20,248 nt of DNA from Octopus sinensis (taxonomy: Eukaryota), in the NCBI RefSeq assembly GCF_006345805.1, contig NW_021824139.1, positions 1 to 20,248 of the forward strand. Direction: 5' to 3'. Shown here in pieces: positions 18,310 through 20,248 of the stretch. A program made the position numbers and the translations under genes. Under the pieces are notes generated by a model, which was not told the origin of the DNA, did no database searches, and saw only the letters and a list, made by a program, of their open reading frames with translations. The first letter of the stretch is position 1. Each line of letters opens with the position of its first letter.

Positions 18310-18420
18310 TTTTTTTAATTGTTTCAGTCATTAAATTGCGGCCATGCTGGGTTACCGCCTTGCAGGATTTTTAGTCGAACCAATTGACCTCATTAAAGTA
18401 CATTTTTCAGCCTGGTAAGT
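18310..18420 (-). mobile_element. Diverged CORE-SINE 3' tail
   Basis: GTTTCAGTCATTAAATTGCGGCCATGCTGGGTTACCGCCTT...TTTAGTCGAAC. Confidence 0.7.
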
Positions 18421-18425
18421 ATCCG

Positions 18426-18433
<8 letters not shown>

Positions 18434-18488
<55 letters not shown>
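18434..18488 (+). repeat. (AT)n microsatellite
   Basis: Direct run. Confidence 0.97.
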
Positions 18489-18492
<4 letters not shown>

Positions 18493-18589
18493 TAACAATA
18501 AAGGGTGAAATTAATTAATTTGGAATAATTATTAATTACACCAAGTAGATTTCGGCATGTAAAAGCCTCATTCGAGGAAAATTTAAGTA

Positions 18590-18723
18590 ATACTAAGCAA
18601 TTAAGGGTTTAGCAACTGAGATCCCCCTTTTAGTAGAAAGAATAGCTATAACTCTTTGACTGCTATTTCTAAATTCGGTGTGTGGTGAGGCAATTCGTTG
18701 CTAAACCCTTAATTGCTTAGTAT
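18590..18723. mobile_element. 134-bp MITE-like hairpin with perfect 27-bp inverted repeats
   Basis: ATACTAAGCAATTAAGGGTTTAGCAAC (18590-18616) is the exact reverse complement of 18697-18723; the ends are in TA context. Confidence 0.7.
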
Positions 18724-18726
18724 ATA

Positions 18727-18766
<40 letters not shown>

Positions 18767-18794
18767 ATATATATATATATACATATATTATATA

Positions 18795-18926
18795 TACACA
18801 TTCCTTAAATTGTAGTCTTCGTTTCTGCTGGGGGCTCTTTCCATAAAGAAGTTTAGCATATAGCATCTGTTTAGGGATCCTCTGATCATTAATCTAAAGA
18901 AAATGTCCAGTCCATCATTATTCTCT
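18795..18926 (-). pseudogene. Ancient RTE (BovB-like) RT C-terminal remnant
   Basis: Minus frame **WTGHFL*INDQRIPKQMLYAKLLYGKSPQQKRRLQFKECV parallels LRWxGHVxRMxDxRIPKQLLYGELxxGKRxxGRPxLRFKD. Confidence 0.7.
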
Positions 18927-18934
18927 GTGCTTTT

Positions 18935-19230
18935 ATCATCATCATCGTCGTTTAACGTCCGTTCTCCATGCTAGCATGGGTTGGACAGTTCGACCGGGGA
19001 TCTGGGAAGCCAGAAGGCTGCACCAGGCTCCAGTCTTATCTGGCAGTGTTTCTACAGCTGGATGCCCTTCCTAACGCCAACCACTCCGTGAGTGTAGTGG
19101 GTGCTTTTTACGTGCCACCTGCACAGGTGCCAGGCGAGGCTGGCAACGGCCACGGTCGGATTGGTGTATTTTATGTGCCACCGGCACGGAAGCCAGACGA
19201 GGCGGTGCTGGCATCGGCTACGAGTCGGAT
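18935..19230 (-). mobile_element. RTE distal 3'UTR copy with (GAT)n tail
   Basis: Near-identical to 7466-7760. Confidence 0.88.
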
Positions 19231-19649
19231 GACAAATTCAACCTCTCTTCTCTAGGCAACAAATTTTCCTTTTGATGCTTTTAAAATATGCAAATTACTT
19301 TGACAGTCATTGACCAGAACAAGATGAAGATCTCAGTCAGTAAAGGAATTTGTCTGGGGTCATCAAAGTTTGAAGTTACTCTTTTTAGTTTTATAAAGTC
19401 ACTAAAAGTCTTACGTTTTCTCAATTTAAAGAAAACTAACACTTTTATAAATGAGTTTATTGCTACGCATTAAATGTTAAACTAAATTTGCTCCAGCTGG
19501 TCTATATAAACAATAACCTATAGCTTTGAACAGCTTTATTATTTTGTTGTGTATTTACATGGCATATAATGTGTGAATAGAATTTCTCCCCCAGTTATCC
19601 AAGCAAAAAATAAGAAACTTATGTTATCAATTTATTTAGAAGAATTTTG

Positions 19650-19745
19650 TACAAAGTTTGATACAAAATAATTTTGTTGTGTCTGGGGAGAGTCATTCTC
19701 TTTTAGTGCCTTATTATTTAACACACTCACCGGTAAAATTTCGTT
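19650..19745. mobile_element. Lone arm of the foldback element at 14755-15010
   Basis: AATTTTGTTGTGTCTGGGGAGAGTCATTCTCTTTTAGTGCCTTATTATTTAACACACTCACCGGTAAAATT is the reverse complement, with mismatches, of about 14930-15005. Confidence 0.7.
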
Positions 19746-20248
19746 TTGCTTTAATAGTAATTATCAATTTCTGAATAAAGTTTCTTTTTATCTAATTTAA
19801 ATATCTTGATTATTTAATTTGAAAACAATCAGGTTTGTTCACTTCTATCACAAAAGAATCCAATAAAAAGTGGAGAATACTTATGAATCTTCCTTTCCAA
19901 TTCCACAAAAGTCTGCTCGGTAGAGCTTCCTGTCACATCTTATAATGTACAGAAAGGTCTCATGTGTTTTACTTATTTAATCTTGGTCTCTGCTGTAAGA
20001 ACTTGAAATCTAATTTCAAATTAAAATAACAGTGGAGTAATATGAAGGTAAATATTGTAAGGAAGAATTGTACTCTTCCTTTATCTGAAGTTATTCAAAA
20101 AGAGGGAGACACATGCAGTTAAAACAACAAATGTTGTGTCATTATTTTATTATCTCAGGATTTTTCAGCACAGCTATTGTTTAATTATAATTGTTTTGAT
20201 TTATTTTCATATGTATAATAGTGAAGTTTTATTTTTACTGACGAAAAT

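Noticed and set aside
19230-20248. Possible host exons in the AT-rich end of the window
   Set aside because: AG/GT candidates exist, but no open frame with consistent splice sites or recognisable homology was found.

Overview
Repeat-saturated, AT-rich eukaryotic non-coding DNA. The repeat families (tRNA-derived CORE-type SINE, a second SINE with a Meta/Nin-like central domain, RTE LINEs with long structured 3'UTRs and (GAT)n tails, Tx1/L1, Penelope, Helitron, abundant microsatellites) resemble those I recall from octopus genomes; this taxonomic call is an inference from memory, not a search. No intact host gene is visible: there is one weak candidate exon, and almost all listed ORFs come from microsatellites or repeats. 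Protein-like remnants are a decayed Tx1/L1-type ORF1 with a CCHC knuckle (minus, 1769-3038), three RTE RT C-termini, a Tx1/L1 ORF2 C-terminus and a Helitron PIF1-helicase C-terminus. The most striking structures are two neighbouring retroelement-derived tandem arrays. The first is a roughly 6 x 340-365 bp concatemer of an RTE 3'UTR (about 8985-11079) with nested sub-repeats. The second is a 12.4 x 184 bp SINE-derived satellite (12429-14752) with one A-box head, a B-box in every unit, no internal Pol III terminator and higher-order structure. RTE copies also lie in alternating orientation around (AT)n spacers and could fold into long dsRNA. Boundaries of diverged repeats are approximate.
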